From an uncultured Aquabacterium sp. (GTDB taxonomy: Bacteria; Pseudomonadota; Gammaproteobacteria; Burkholderiales; Burkholderiaceae_C), in contig NZ_CANBCC010000008.1 in the NCBI RefSeq assembly GCF_947366995.1, positions 10,189 to 74,188 on the forward strand: DNA of 64,000 nucleotides, written 5' to 3'. How positions within the stretch are numbered: the first letter of the stretch is position 1; every line of letters starts with the position of its first letter. This document shows, piece by piece, positions 1 to 8,986 of the stretch. The position numbers and the translations under genes are program-made. Under the pieces are notes generated by a model. That model made no database searches and was not told where the DNA came from. It worked only from the letters and a program-made list of their open reading frames with translations.

Positions 1-1
1 G

Positions 2-109
2 AACGGCCTGCTGGGTTACCTGACCGAGCACTGCTGCCAGGGCCAGCCCTGCAGCCCTACTGCCACCCCGAGCGCGCCGTCTTCTGCGCGTGCCTGTTCT
101 GCCTGCTGA
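2..109 (+). CDS. arsR: ArsR family repressor, C-terminal fragment (5' truncated by window edge)
   Basis: Frame 2 reads NGLLGYLTEHCCQGQPC...C*, the C-terminal CC-x4-C As(III)-binding tail of this ArsR type; stop at 107-109, directly upstream of the ars genes. Confidence 0.8.
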   Translation, partial: NGLLGYLTEHCCQGQPCSPTATPSAPSSARACSAC

Positions 110-121
110 CCGGAGCTGACC

Positions 122-625
122 ATGAAGCGATTCCACGTCCACATCCACGTCGACGACCTCGCCCGCAACATCGACTTCTATTCGAAGATGTTCGGCGCCC
201 AACCCGCGCGGGTCGAAGCCGATTACGCGAAATGGATGCTGGATGACCCGGCCGTGAACTTCGCGATTTCCACGCGCGGCCAGGGCCATGTGGGGCTGGA
301 CCACCTCGGCATCCAGGTCGATGACGAAGCCGACCTCACCGCGCTCAAGGCCCAGGCGCAGGCAGCCGACCTCGCCCTGATCGACGAAGGGGCGACCACC
401 TGCTGCTATGCGCGCAGCGACAAGCACTGGGTGCTCGACCCGCAAGGTCTGCCGTGGGAGCACTTCCGCACCCTGGGCACCATCCCGACCTTCCGCGAGT
501 CGCCCGACCTGGCCCAGCAAACAGCCGCTTCGGCCAGCACGGAAGCCAGCGCCTGCTGCACGCCGGTGAACCGCACCCGCCCCTTCCCCATCCCCGTCAA
601 GCCGACCGGCTCCAGCTGCTGCTGA
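122..625 (+). CDS. ArsI/CadI family VOC (glyoxalase-like) metalloenzyme
   Basis: MKRFHVH...YAKWMLDDP.VNFAIS...HLGIQV...TTCCYA.SDK.WV.DP.G..WE.F signature; ars operon context. Confidence 0.85.
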   Translation: MKRFHVHIHVDDLARNIDFYSKMFGAQPARVEADYAKWMLDDPAVNFAISTRGQGHVGLDHLGIQVDDEADLTALKAQAQAADLALIDEGATTCCYARSDKHWVLDPQGLPWEHFRTLGTIPTFRESPDLAQQTAASASTEASACCTPVNRTRPFPIPVKPTGSSCC

Positions 626-632
626 GGCGCCC

Positions 633-1127
633 ATGACCGACAAGCCGTACCACGTCCTGTTCGTCTGCACAGGCAACTCTGCCCGGTCCATCATTGCCGA
701 AGCCCTGCTCAACAAGCTGGGGGCAGGCCGCTTCATCGCCTGGTCCGCTGGCAGCCAGCCGAAAGGCGTCGTGCACCCGCTCGCACTGGCCGTGCTGAGC
801 CGCCTCGGGGTGCCCCAGACCGACTTCCACAGCAAGAGCTGGGATGAGTTCGCGCAGGCTGGCGCACCGCGGCTGGACTTCGTCTTCACCGTCTGCGACA
901 ACGCCGCAGGGGAGGTGTGCCCCGTGTGGCCAGGCCAGCCGGTTACTGCCCATTGGGGGGTGGCCGATCCGGCGGCCGTGGAGGGCAGCCCGGAGCGTCA
1001 ACAGCAGGCCTTCACCGACGTCGCCCAGATCCTGAAGCGGCGCATCGAGCTGATGCTCGCCTTGCCGGAAAGCAGCCTCGCCTCGCTTTCCATCCAGTCT
1101 CAACTCAACGCCATCGGCAAGCTCTGA
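633..1127 (+). CDS. arsC: Arsenate reductase, LMW-PTPase (thioredoxin-type) fold
   Basis: CTGNSARS P-loop, TVCD and CPVWPG cysteines. Confidence 0.9.
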   Translation: MTDKPYHVLFVCTGNSARSIIAEALLNKLGAGRFIAWSAGSQPKGVVHPLALAVLSRLGVPQTDFHSKSWDEFAQAGAPRLDFVFTVCDNAAGEVCPVWPGQPVTAHWGVADPAAVEGSPERQQQAFTDVAQILKRRIELMLALPESSLASLSIQSQLNAIGKL

Positions 1128-1132
1128 TTCCC

Positions 1133-1636
1133 ATGACCGTCCACGTCCTGATCCTGTGCACGCACAACTCCGCACGCAGCGTGCTGTCCGAAGGCATGCT
1201 CAACCACCTGGCCCGGAAACTGGGCAAGGATGTCCGGGCGCACAGTGCGGGCAGCGCCCCGAGTGGCCGCCTCAATCCCTTTGCCATCGAGGCCCTGAAC
1301 AACGCCGGCATCGACACGTCGGCCTACCGCAGCAAGAGCTGGGATGAATTCACCGGCCCGGACGCCCCGCCACTGTCCATCGTCATCACCGTGTGTGACA
1401 GCGCGGCGGCGGAAGCCTGCCCCGTCTTCTTTGGCGGCCATGGCCAGCCGGTCAAAGTGCACTGGGGCTACCCGGACCCCTCGAATGCCGAGGGGGGCGA
1501 TGAGGGCAAGCGCCGGGCTTTCGAGCTCACGCGCCAGGCCATCGGCTACCGGATGCTGCAGCTGCTGGCCCTGCCGCTCGACACGATGGACAAGTCGGAA
1601 CTGGCCGACGCCCTGTCTGCCATCGCGCACAGCTGA
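1133..1636 (+). CDS. arsC: Second arsenate reductase, LMW-PTPase fold
   Basis: CTHNSARS, TVCD, ACPVF and HWGYPDP motifs; ATG at 1133. Confidence 0.88.
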   Translation: MTVHVLILCTHNSARSVLSEGMLNHLARKLGKDVRAHSAGSAPSGRLNPFAIEALNNAGIDTSAYRSKSWDEFTGPDAPPLSIVITVCDSAAAEACPVFFGGHGQPVKVHWGYPDPSNAEGGDEGKRRAFELTRQAIGYRMLQLLALPLDTMDKSELADALSAIAHS

Positions 1637-1648
1637 GAGGTGGCCACC

Positions 1649-2680
1649 ATGAGCATCTTCGAGCGTTACCTCACGGTCTGGGTTTTCCTGTGCATCGTCG
1701 TGGGCATCGCCCTGGGCCAGTTCATCCCGGCCCCCTTTCACGCCATCGGCCGCATGGAGGTGGCGCAGGTCAATCTGCCTGTGGGCCTGCTCATCTGGGT
1801 CATGGTCACCCCCATGCTCATCAAGGTCGACTTCGCCAGCCTGGCGCAGGTGAAGTCGCACTGGAAGGGCATCGGCGTCACGCTGTTCGTCAACTGGGCC
1901 GTGAAGCCCTTTTCAATGGCCTTTCTGGGCTGGCTGTTCGTGCGCCAGGTGTTTGCCCCGTGGCTGCCCGCTGACCAACTCGACAGCTACATTGCCGGCC
2001 TGATCCTGCTGGCCGCCGCGCCCTGCACGGCCATGGTGTTCGTCTGGAGCCGGCTGACCAACGGCCACCCCCTGTTCACCTTGAGCCAGGTGGCGCTCAA
2101 CGACACCATCATGGTGTTCGCCTTTGCACCCATCGTGGGGCTGCTGCTGGGCTTATCGGCCATCACCGTGCCGTGGGACACGCTGGTTACGTCGGTGGTG
2201 CTGTACATCGTGATCCCGGTCATCCTCGCACAAGTCATCCGCAGGGCCTTGCTGGCACGCGGGCCCGCGGCGTTCGAGGCTGCCCTGGCAAAGATCGGCC
2301 CCTGGTCCATCTCGGCCCTGCTGGCCACCCTCGTGCTGCTGTTTGCCTTCCAGGGCCAGGCCATCATCCAGCAGCCACTGGTCATCGCCATGCTGGCCGT
2401 GCCCATCCTGATCCAGGTGTTCTTCAACTCGGCCTTGGCCTACTGGCTCAATCGCCGGGTGGGTGAGTCGCACAGCGTGGCCTGCCCTTCCGCCCTGATC
2501 GGCGCCAGCAACTTCTTCGAGCTGGCCGTGGCCGCCGCGATCAGCCTCTTCGGCTTCCAGTCGGGCGCGGCGCTGGCCACGGTGGTGGGCGTGCTGATCG
2601 AAGTGCCGGTGATGCTGCTGGTGGTGCGGCTCGTGAACCAGAGCAAGGGCTGGTACGAGCAGGGGGCGGCCCGGGCGTGA
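1649..2680 (+). CDS. acr3: ACR3 family arsenite efflux transporter
   Basis: MSIFERYLTVWV, AAPCTAMVFVWS, GASNFFELAVA and LIEVPVML motifs. Confidence 0.95.
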   Translation: MSIFERYLTVWVFLCIVVGIALGQFIPAPFHAIGRMEVAQVNLPVGLLIWVMVTPMLIKVDFASLAQVKSHWKGIGVTLFVNWAVKPFSMAFLGWLFVRQVFAPWLPADQLDSYIAGLILLAAAPCTAMVFVWSRLTNGHPLFTLSQVALNDTIMVFAFAPIVGLLLGLSAITVPWDTLVTSVVLYIVIPVILAQVIRRALLARGPAAFEAALAKIGPWSISALLATLVLLFAFQGQAIIQQPLVIAMLAVPILIQVFFNSALAYWLNRRVGESHSVACPSALIGASNFFELAVAAAISLFGFQSGAALATVVGVLIEVPVMLLVVRLVNQSKGWYEQGAARA

Positions 2681-2695
2681 CACCCCGGCAGGGGC

Positions 2696-3319
2696 TCAAC
2701 GATGGGCGTTGGCCAGCGCCACCCCGAACGCCACGAACACGCCGCCCGTCACCCGGTTGAACCAGCTCGCGTGGTTGCTCAACCAGGGTGCAATGCGCTG
2801 GGCCAGTGCAGCCAGCATGGCTTCGTACAGCACCTCGACGACCACGAACGTGCCACCAAACACCGCCAGCTGCGTCCAGAACGGCACGCCGGGCACAATG
2901 AACTGCGGCAGAAACGCAGCGAAGAAGACGATGCCCTTGGGGTTGGACACGGCCACCAGAAAGCCCTGCAGAAAGAGCTTGAACGCTGATGCAGTGGGCA
3001 CGCTCTCACCATCGGCCGCCACGGCGATGGGTTGTGCCGGCGCCATCCACAGGCGCAGGCCCAGATAGGCCAGGTACGCGGCGCCCAGCATCTTGGCCAT
3101 CAGGAAGCCCCGCTCGGATGCGGCCAGCAGCGCGCCCATGCCGGCCAGCGACACGGCGATCAGCACCAGAAAGCCCAGCGCACCGCCCAGCACAGTGAAC
3201 AGCGTGCGCTGCAGGCCGAAGCGCGCGCCATGCGTCAGGGCAAGCAGCCCATTGGGACCTGGCGCAAAGGACAGCCCCACAGCCGCCACAAGGTAAACCA
3301 ACCAGAGTTCGAAGGACAC
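2696..3319 (-). CDS. LysE/RhtB family translocator
   Basis: PGP motif, GAAYLAYLG, GFLVAVSNPKGIVFF; GTG start at 3319 after GGAG. Confidence 0.85.
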   Translation of the reverse strand: MSFELWLVYLVAAVGLSFAPGPNGLLALTHGARFGLQRTLFTVLGGALGFLVLIAVSLAGMGALLAASERGFLMAKMLGAAYLAYLGLRLWMAPAQPIAVAADGESVPTASAFKLFLQGFLVAVSNPKGIVFFAAFLPQFIVPGVPFWTQLAVFGGTFVVVEVLYEAMLAALAQRIAPWLSNHASWFNRVTGGVFVAFGVALANAHR

Positions 3320-3370
3320 GGCCCGCTCCACAGTTCAACGGGCACTGTAGCGCAGGGCGGGCCGGGACGC

Positions 3371-4123
3371 TCAGCTGCCGCGCAGCTGCACCGTGAGCCC
3401 CGGCCGCGCGAGCCGGCTCACCAGGGCCGCGGGCGGCGTCTGCCAACCCGCACCCAGCGCCGCCTGCGTGTCTGGCGTCGGGCGATAGCCTTGCAGCATC
3501 CATGTGTGGGCACCTGCCTCAGCCAGCTCATCCGCCAGCCGCATGAGGGCGCCATCGGGCAACAGCGCAGGGTGCCAGGTGGTGCGCAACTCGTGGAGCT
3601 TGCCGCTGGCCAGCACGCGATGCAGGCTGTCCCGCACGGGCTCTCCGCTGCCGCGCACGCCCGTCACCGCCTCGTAGTCGTCGAACGCGGTCTTAACGTC
3701 CAGCGCGACCCAGTCCACCAGGGGCAGACAACGCGCCAGCCGATCGGGGTACAGCCCCGCCGTGTGCAGACCGACCTCGAAGCCCAGGTCACGCACCCGT
3801 CGGATCGCATCGGGCAAGGCTGCATCCAGCGTCGGCTCACCGCCGCTGAACACGACGCCATCCAGCAGCCCGACACGCTGCACGAGCGTGTCGAGCACCC
3901 GATGCCATCGGCTCGCATCGCCTGCGGGCCGCGCCTGCAGATCCGGGTTGTGGCAATAGTGGCAGCGCCAGGGGCAGCCCTGCACGAACACGACCGCCGC
4001 CAGCTTGCCCGGCCAGTCGGTCGTGCTCAGCGGCGTGAACCCGCCGACAGCCAGGCAACCGGGCACGCGCGGCTCAGGCGCGAACGGCTTCGCGGTCAGG
4101 TTCGATGAAGTAGCGCCGTTCAT
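3371..4123 (-). CDS. nrdG: Anaerobic ribonucleotide reductase activating enzyme (radical SAM); true start may be GTG at 4066
   Basis: GGFTPLSTTDWPG, CPWRCHYCHNP (CxxxCxxC), VVFSGGEPT; lies downstream of nrdD. Confidence 0.9.
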   Translation of the reverse strand: MNGATSSNLTAKPFAPEPRVPGCLAVGGFTPLSTTDWPGKLAAVVFVQGCPWRCHYCHNPDLQARPAGDASRWHRVLDTLVQRVGLLDGVVFSGGEPTLDAALPDAIRRVRDLGFEVGLHTAGLYPDRLARCLPLVDWVALDVKTAFDDYEAVTGVRGSGEPVRDSLHRVLASGKLHELRTTWHPALLPDGALMRLADELAEAGAHTWMLQGYRPTPDTQAALGAGWQTPPAALVSRLARPGLTVQLRGS

Positions 4124-4265
4124 GGAACTCGCCTTTCTTGCCGATGTTGAACGAGGCCACGGGCCGGTGGTAGCCCATCACACGGGTCCACACCTCGCAG
4201 CGCTGGCGTTCGTGCTCGGCCAGAACCGGGTGGGGGGCGTCGGGGGTGTGTGCGATGTCGGACAT
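4074..4265 (-). CDS. Stand-alone 63-aa NrdD C-terminal glycyl-radical domain
   Basis: CEVWTRVMGYHRPV..FN.GKKGEF.ER is the NrdD RVxGY loop; own SD (AAAGGA) in a 20-nt spacer after the nrdD stop. Confidence 0.9.
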   Translation of the reverse strand: MSDIAHTPDAPHPVLAEHERQRCEVWTRVMGYHRPVASFNIGKKGEFHERRYFIEPDREAVRA

Positions 4266-4285
4266 GGGTTTCCTTTCAAGCAGGA

Positions 4286-6067
4286 TCAGGCGGGTTGGAG
4301 ATCAGGGGTGGCCGGCGTCGGCTGCCGACGCGCCAGGGCGGCTTCGTCGCAGTGCGGGCAGAAGGCGTGCTCGCCCGCCAGGTAACCGTGCACCGGGCAG
4401 ATCGAGAACGTCGGCGTGACGGTGATGTAGGGAAGACGGAAGCGGCTCAGTGCACGGCGCACCAGCGCCTTACAGGCCTCGGCCGATGACACCCGCTCAC
4501 CGAGGTAGAGGTGCAGCACCGTGCCCCCCGTGTATCGGGTCTGCAGCGGCTCCTGCCGGGCCAGCGCCTCGAACGGGTCATCGCAGAAGCCCACAGGCAG
4601 TTGAGACGAGTTCGTGTAGTAGGGCTGCGCGTCCGTGCCCGCCTGCAGGATGTCGGGCCAGCGCTGGCGGTCTTCCTTGGCGAACCGGTAGGTCGTGCCC
4701 TCGGCGGGTGTGGCTTCGAGGTTGTACAGGTGGCCGGTGGCTTCCTGCATGGCCGTGATGCGCCCGCGGATGTGATCCAGGAAGCGCACCGCAAAGGCCT
4801 CGCCCCACGCGGTGGTGATGTCGTGCGCATCGCCCGTGAAGTTGCGGATCATCTCGTTGATGCCGTTCACGCCCACCGTCGAAAAGTGGTTGCGCAGCGT
4901 GCCCAGGTAGCGCTTGGTGTAGGGAAAGAGCCCGGCATCCATGTGCTCCTGGATGACCTTGCGCTTGATCTCGAGGCTGCGCCCGGCCAGATCGAGCAGC
5001 GCGTCGGTGCGGGCCAGCAGCGCGGCCTCGTCGCCCGCATGCAGGTAACCCAGGCGCGCACAGTTGAGCGTGACCACACCGAGCGAGCCCGTCTGTTCGG
5101 CCGAGCCAAACAGCCCGTTGCCACGCTTGAGCAGCTCGCGCAAGTCGAGCTGCAGGCGGCAGCACATCGAACGGATCATGTGCGGCTGCAACTCGGAGTT
5201 CAGGAAGTTCTGGAAGTAAGGCAAGCCATACTTGGCCGTCATCTCGAACAACCGCTGCGTGTTCGGATGGTCCCAGTCGAAATCCTTGGTGATGTTGTAG
5301 GTGGGGATGGGGAACGTGAACGCCCGGCCCTTGGCATCGCCCGTCATCATCACGTCGATGTAGGCCTGGTTGATCATGTCCATCTCGGCCTGCAGCTCGC
5401 CATAGCTGAACGGCATCTCGACGCCCCCGATCACGGGCACCTGCTCGCGCAGGTCTTCGGGGCAGGTCCAGTCGAACGTCAGGTTGGTGAAAGGCGTCTG
5501 CGTGCCCCACCGCGACGGCACGTTCAGGTTGTAGATCAGCTCCTGGATGCACTGGCGCACCTGCGCGTAATCCAGCGCGTCCTTGCGGATGAAGGGCGCA
5601 AGGTAAGTGTCGAAGGAACTGAAGGCCTGGGCCCCGGCCCATTCGTTCTGCAGCGTGCCCAGGAAGTTGACGATCTGCCCCACAGCCGACGAGAGGTGCT
5701 TGGGCGGGCCCGCCTCGACCTTGCCCGGCACGCCGTTGAGGCCCTCGTGAAGCAGCGTGCGCAGCGACCAGCCGGCGCAGTAGCCCGAGAGCATGTCGAG
5801 GTCATGGATGTGGATGTCCGCGTCGCGGTGGGCCTGCCCGATCTCGGCCGGGTACACGTGGCTGAGCCAGTAGTTGGCGATCACCTTGCCCGACACGTTG
5901 AGAATCAGCCCGCCGAGCGAATAGCCCTGGTTGGCGTTGGCGTGGATGCGCCAGTCCTGGCGGTCGAGGTATTCGTTGACCGAGCGCTCCACGTCCACGG
6001 CGATCCGCCGGTCTGGGGGCGGGATCTCGGCCCGGGAAGAGGTCGCGGCGGTCAAAGGCGGCGTCAT
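4286..6067 (-). CDS. nrdD: Class III ribonucleoside-triphosphate reductase large subunit, lacking an ATP cone and the C-terminal glycyl loop
   Basis: IHIHDL, YCAGWS, EWAGAQAFSSFDT, MCCRL finger loop, YNLEATPAEG, CPVHG...CPHC Zn site, then stop; GGAG SD before ATG at 6067. Confidence 0.92.
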   Translation of the reverse strand: MTPPLTAATSSRAEIPPPDRRIAVDVERSVNEYLDRQDWRIHANANQGYSLGGLILNVSGKVIANYWLSHVYPAEIGQAHRDADIHIHDLDMLSGYCAGWSLRTLLHEGLNGVPGKVEAGPPKHLSSAVGQIVNFLGTLQNEWAGAQAFSSFDTYLAPFIRKDALDYAQVRQCIQELIYNLNVPSRWGTQTPFTNLTFDWTCPEDLREQVPVIGGVEMPFSYGELQAEMDMINQAYIDVMMTGDAKGRAFTFPIPTYNITKDFDWDHPNTQRLFEMTAKYGLPYFQNFLNSELQPHMIRSMCCRLQLDLRELLKRGNGLFGSAEQTGSLGVVTLNCARLGYLHAGDEAALLARTDALLDLAGRSLEIKRKVIQEHMDAGLFPYTKRYLGTLRNHFSTVGVNGINEMIRNFTGDAHDITTAWGEAFAVRFLDHIRGRITAMQEATGHLYNLEATPAEGTTYRFAKEDRQRWPDILQAGTDAQPYYTNSSQLPVGFCDDPFEALARQEPLQTRYTGGTVLHLYLGERVSSAEACKALVRRALSRFRLPYITVTPTFSICPVHGYLAGEHAFCPHCDEAALARRQPTPATPDLQPA

Positions 6068-6074
6068 GTCAGCT

Positions 6075-6122
6075 CCACTACATCTAGTGTCCGGGACCAC
6101 CCCGGAACGCTACAGGTAGTGT
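6075..6122. promoter_or_regulatory. Tandem NrdR boxes
   Basis: CCACTACATCTAGTGT (6075-6090) and ACGCTACAGGTAGTGT (6107-6122), 32 bp start to start, directly upstream of nrdD. Confidence 0.8.
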
Positions 6123-6145
6123 TCTAACCTCTGAACAAGAGGGTT

Positions 6146-6159
6146 TTGACGCGCGTCAA
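6146..6159. promoter_or_regulatory. FNR/ANR/DNR-family binding site
   Basis: Perfect palindrome TTGAC-GCGC-GTCAA upstream of the anaerobic RNR. Confidence 0.8.
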
Positions 6160-6216
6160 ATGCACACTGCGGATCAGCAGGCGAGGCCACACGGTGGCCG
6201 CGGTCTCGGCGAGCCG

Positions 6217-6699
6217 TCAATGAACCCACAGCACCTCGAACTGCTGTCGGGTCAGCGCGACCTGGATGGTCAATTCATCCCCTTCGCACTTGCCCAGCAT
6301 GGCCTGGCCCAAAGGGGAGTCGCTGCTGATGACCTGAACGAGCTGGGCACCACTGAGCAGCTGCATGCTGCCCCCATGCAGGCCGAGAAAGAGCTGTTGC
6401 TGCTTGTCGTCGGCGTCGACCAGGCACACCAACGCACCGAGCTGGATGCCTTGGCTGGCATCGTAGGGGCGCGGGCGGAACTGGCGCCAATGGGCGATCG
6501 CCTGGCGGATGGCCTCCGCACGACGGGCCTGGCCGGTGGCCAGATAGGCCGCTTCGAGCCCCAATGTGTCGTACTTGTTCTCGGCGATGTTCTCTTCGTG
6601 CGTCGCCGTTTCATGGGCCGTCCGGGCTGCCTGTTCGACCTGCAGCAGGTCTTCGGCGAGCCGTTCCAGCACCTGCTGCTGTAGCAAGAGTTTGTCCAT
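6217..6699 (-). CDS. GreA/GreB-like elongation factor family protein
   Basis: AENKYDTLGLEAAYLA.GQ..R coiled coil plus C-terminal IS..SPLG.A.LGK..GD motif. Confidence 0.8.
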   Translation of the reverse strand: MDKLLLQQQVLERLAEDLLQVEQAARTAHETATHEENIAENKYDTLGLEAAYLATGQARRAEAIRQAIAHWRQFRPRPYDASQGIQLGALVCLVDADDKQQQLFLGLHGGSMQLLSGAQLVQVISSDSPLGQAMLGKCEGDELTIQVALTRQQFEVLWVH

Positions 6700-6720
6700 G
6701 ATGAAAGACTTCGAACTCGT

Positions 6721-8049
6721 CTACGGCTTCTGAAGGACGCTGGCGGCCAGACAGCCCGCCAGGTGCCGCGCAGACTTGGCGCTGACACCCTTGCCGGTGA
6801 TCGACAGCGCCGGGGGATGGGCGAGCATCCGCACGAAGACGTCCCGCACTTCTTCCGCGCGGATGTCGTCGATCAAGGCCATGGTCTCGGACAGCGGCGT
6901 CACGTTCCCACTGGCCCAGAGTTCCTCGACGGCCCGCTCCATTGTCGCGAAGGGTCGCTCACTGGCACGCACGTACGAGACGGTCAACTGGTTTTTCGCG
7001 CGCTCCAGATGGACAGGATCAATGCGGGTTGTCTGCGCATGCAGCAGGTCGCCGGTCGCCTGAACCAGCGCCTCGATCTTGTCCGGGGTGGTCACCGCAT
7101 GCACCACGAAATTGAGCCACTTGTCTCCACCGTCGATGCTCGCATCGGCGGTGTAGGCCAGGCCGAGCCGCTCGCGCACCGTGTCGACCAACGGGGCCGA
7201 CATCCCGCAGCCGAACAGATTGGCCGCAAGCGCGGCGGCCAGACGCAAGCGCCGCGATGGCATGTCGTCCGGGCCCGTGGGCATCACGGGATACGCAACG
7301 TTCAGGAACACCTGCGACACCTGCGTGAAGCGCCGGGCCACCGCCTGGCCGGCATATGCCGCGGGCGTGGGTGGATGCGACCTGACGCCGTCGGTCGATG
7401 CCGGCATGGCCGCGAACAGATCCTCGGCGTGGCTCATCCACGCGTCGACGTCGAAGTGGCCGGCCGCGACGACGACCGTGTTGTCGGCCACGTAATGCCG
7501 CTGCACGTGGCGAACCAGATCGTCGCGCGTGAAGCCCTCGATGTTCTCGACCGTGCCGATCACGGGCATGCCCATGGGATGGGCGCCCCAGATGGCGCGG
7601 TCGAGCAGGTCGTTGCCACTGTCGTCGGGGTCTTCGTCGTACTCGATGGCTTCCTGGCGGATCACCTCCAGTTCGCGCTGCAGTTCAACCTCGGGAAACG
7701 TGCTGTGGAGCACGATGTCGGCCGTCATGCCGAGCAGTTGCTGCGCGTGCGCGGCCAGGCCGGTCATGAAATAGCCGGTGCTGTCCTTGCCCGTGTAGGC
7801 GTTGACGTCTGCGCCCAGCCGCTCCGCATCCAGGTTGATCGCCTGCACGGAACGCGTGGTGGTGCCCTTGAAGGCCATGTGCTCGAGGACATGGCCGATG
7901 CCATTGGTGGCGGGCGTTTCGTCGCGAGACCCGACGCGCAGGAAGACGCCCACGCTGACGCTCCGTACGTGGGACATGGGAAGGGCCAACAGCCGGACAC
8001 CGTTGGGCAGCGTACGGAGAAGCGGCTGGGTACCAATTTCATCTTGCAT
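6721..8049 (-). CDS. M16 (pitrilysin/insulinase) family zinc peptidase
   Basis: LPNGVR, GSRDE, HVLEH (HxxEH), NAYT, RERLGLAY; ATG at 8049. Confidence 0.88.
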   Translation of the reverse strand: MQDEIGTQPLLRTLPNGVRLLALPMSHVRSVSVGVFLRVGSRDETPATNGIGHVLEHMAFKGTTTRSVQAINLDAERLGADVNAYTGKDSTGYFMTGLAAHAQQLLGMTADIVLHSTFPEVELQRELEVIRQEAIEYDEDPDDSGNDLLDRAIWGAHPMGMPVIGTVENIEGFTRDDLVRHVQRHYVADNTVVVAAGHFDVDAWMSHAEDLFAAMPASTDGVRSHPPTPAAYAGQAVARRFTQVSQVFLNVAYPVMPTGPDDMPSRRLRLAAALAANLFGCGMSAPLVDTVRERLGLAYTADASIDGGDKWLNFVVHAVTTPDKIEALVQATGDLLHAQTTRIDPVHLERAKNQLTVSYVRASERPFATMERAVEELWASGNVTPLSETMALIDDIRAEEVRDVFVRMLAHPPALSITGKGVSAKSARHLAGCLAASVLQKP

Positions 8050-8179
8050 GACCCATTGTCGCCGCGACCCGCGGCTTACCAGTTGTCCACCGCCTGCGCC
8101 CCAACCCTCACCCGCATGAGACCCTGAGACCGTGCATGTACATTGCCTGAGTACGATTGAGTACTGAAGGAAGCACAGC

Positions 8180-8986
8180 TTGGCCGACAACGACAACACC
8201 CGATCAGTGGCAATTTACTGGGACTTCGAGAACCTGCACGCCGGCGTGATGGAAACGAAGTACGGCGAAGGTGTCTATGCCAAGCAGGACAACCGCTTCA
8301 AGGTGCAGGAGCCGCTGGTGGACGTGCAGGCCCTGGTCGAGTTGGGTGCATCGTATGGGCCCATCGCCATCAACCGGGCTTATGGCAACTGGCAGTACTT
8401 CGGCCGCTACCGTGACGCCTTATTGCAAGCATCCGTCGAGTTGATCCAGCTCTTCCCGCCGGGCGCCTCGGCCAAGAACGGCGCAGACATCAAGCTGTGC
8501 CTCGATGCTGCCGAAGACATCGGCCGCTTCCAACATATCGGTACGGTCATCATCGTGGGCGGCGACAGCGACTTCATGCCCGTGGCACAGAAGATCAAGG
8601 CAGCAGGACGCACGCTGATCGGTATCGGGACTAAGCGGAACACGAACAAGCACTGGGCCAAGAGTTGCCACGAGTTCCGCTTTTATGAAAGCCTGTTGGA
8701 GGCTGAAAGTGTTGAACCTGTGCCCGAAGACACAAGCCCCGCCATACCCGCGCCTCCGGTGAACCGTGCGGCGGAGTTGCTGCGCCGCGCGGTGCGGCTG
8801 CTGGCCGAATCAAAGGGCGATGCGTGGGTGAACAAGGCGAGCGTGCTGCCGATGATCAAGCGGCTGGATCCAACGTTTGATTTCAAGGATCACGGTTACG
8901 GGAGCTTCAGCGAAATGATCAAAGGGTTGGCCGATGCGGTGGAGTTACGCAAGGGGGATGTCGACCATCAGTTAAGGGTCAGGTGA
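8180..8986 (+). CDS. NYN domain protein with C-terminal OST-HTH/LOTUS domain
   Basis: AIYWDFEN, KNGADI.L..D, GGDSDF motifs; C-terminal LDPTFD.KDHGY.SFS; TTG start after AAGGAAG. Confidence 0.8.
   Translation: MADNDNTRSVAIYWDFENLHAGVMETKYGEGVYAKQDNRFKVQEPLVDVQALVELGASYGPIAINRAYGNWQYFGRYRDALLQASVELIQLFPPGASAKNGADIKLCLDAAEDIGRFQHIGTVIIVGGDSDFMPVAQKIKAAGRTLIGIGTKRNTNKHWAKSCHEFRFYESLLEAESVEPVPEDTSPAIPAPPVNRAAELLRRAVRLLAESKGDAWVNKASVLPMIKRLDPTFDFKDHGYGSFSEMIKGLADAVELRKGDVDHQLRVR

Noticed and set aside
4266-4288. nrdD split as a nonsense mutation or pseudogene
   Set aside because: The small ORF is in a different frame, has its own strong SD, and the operon retains intact nrdG and regulatory boxes. 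A read-level check is still advisable.
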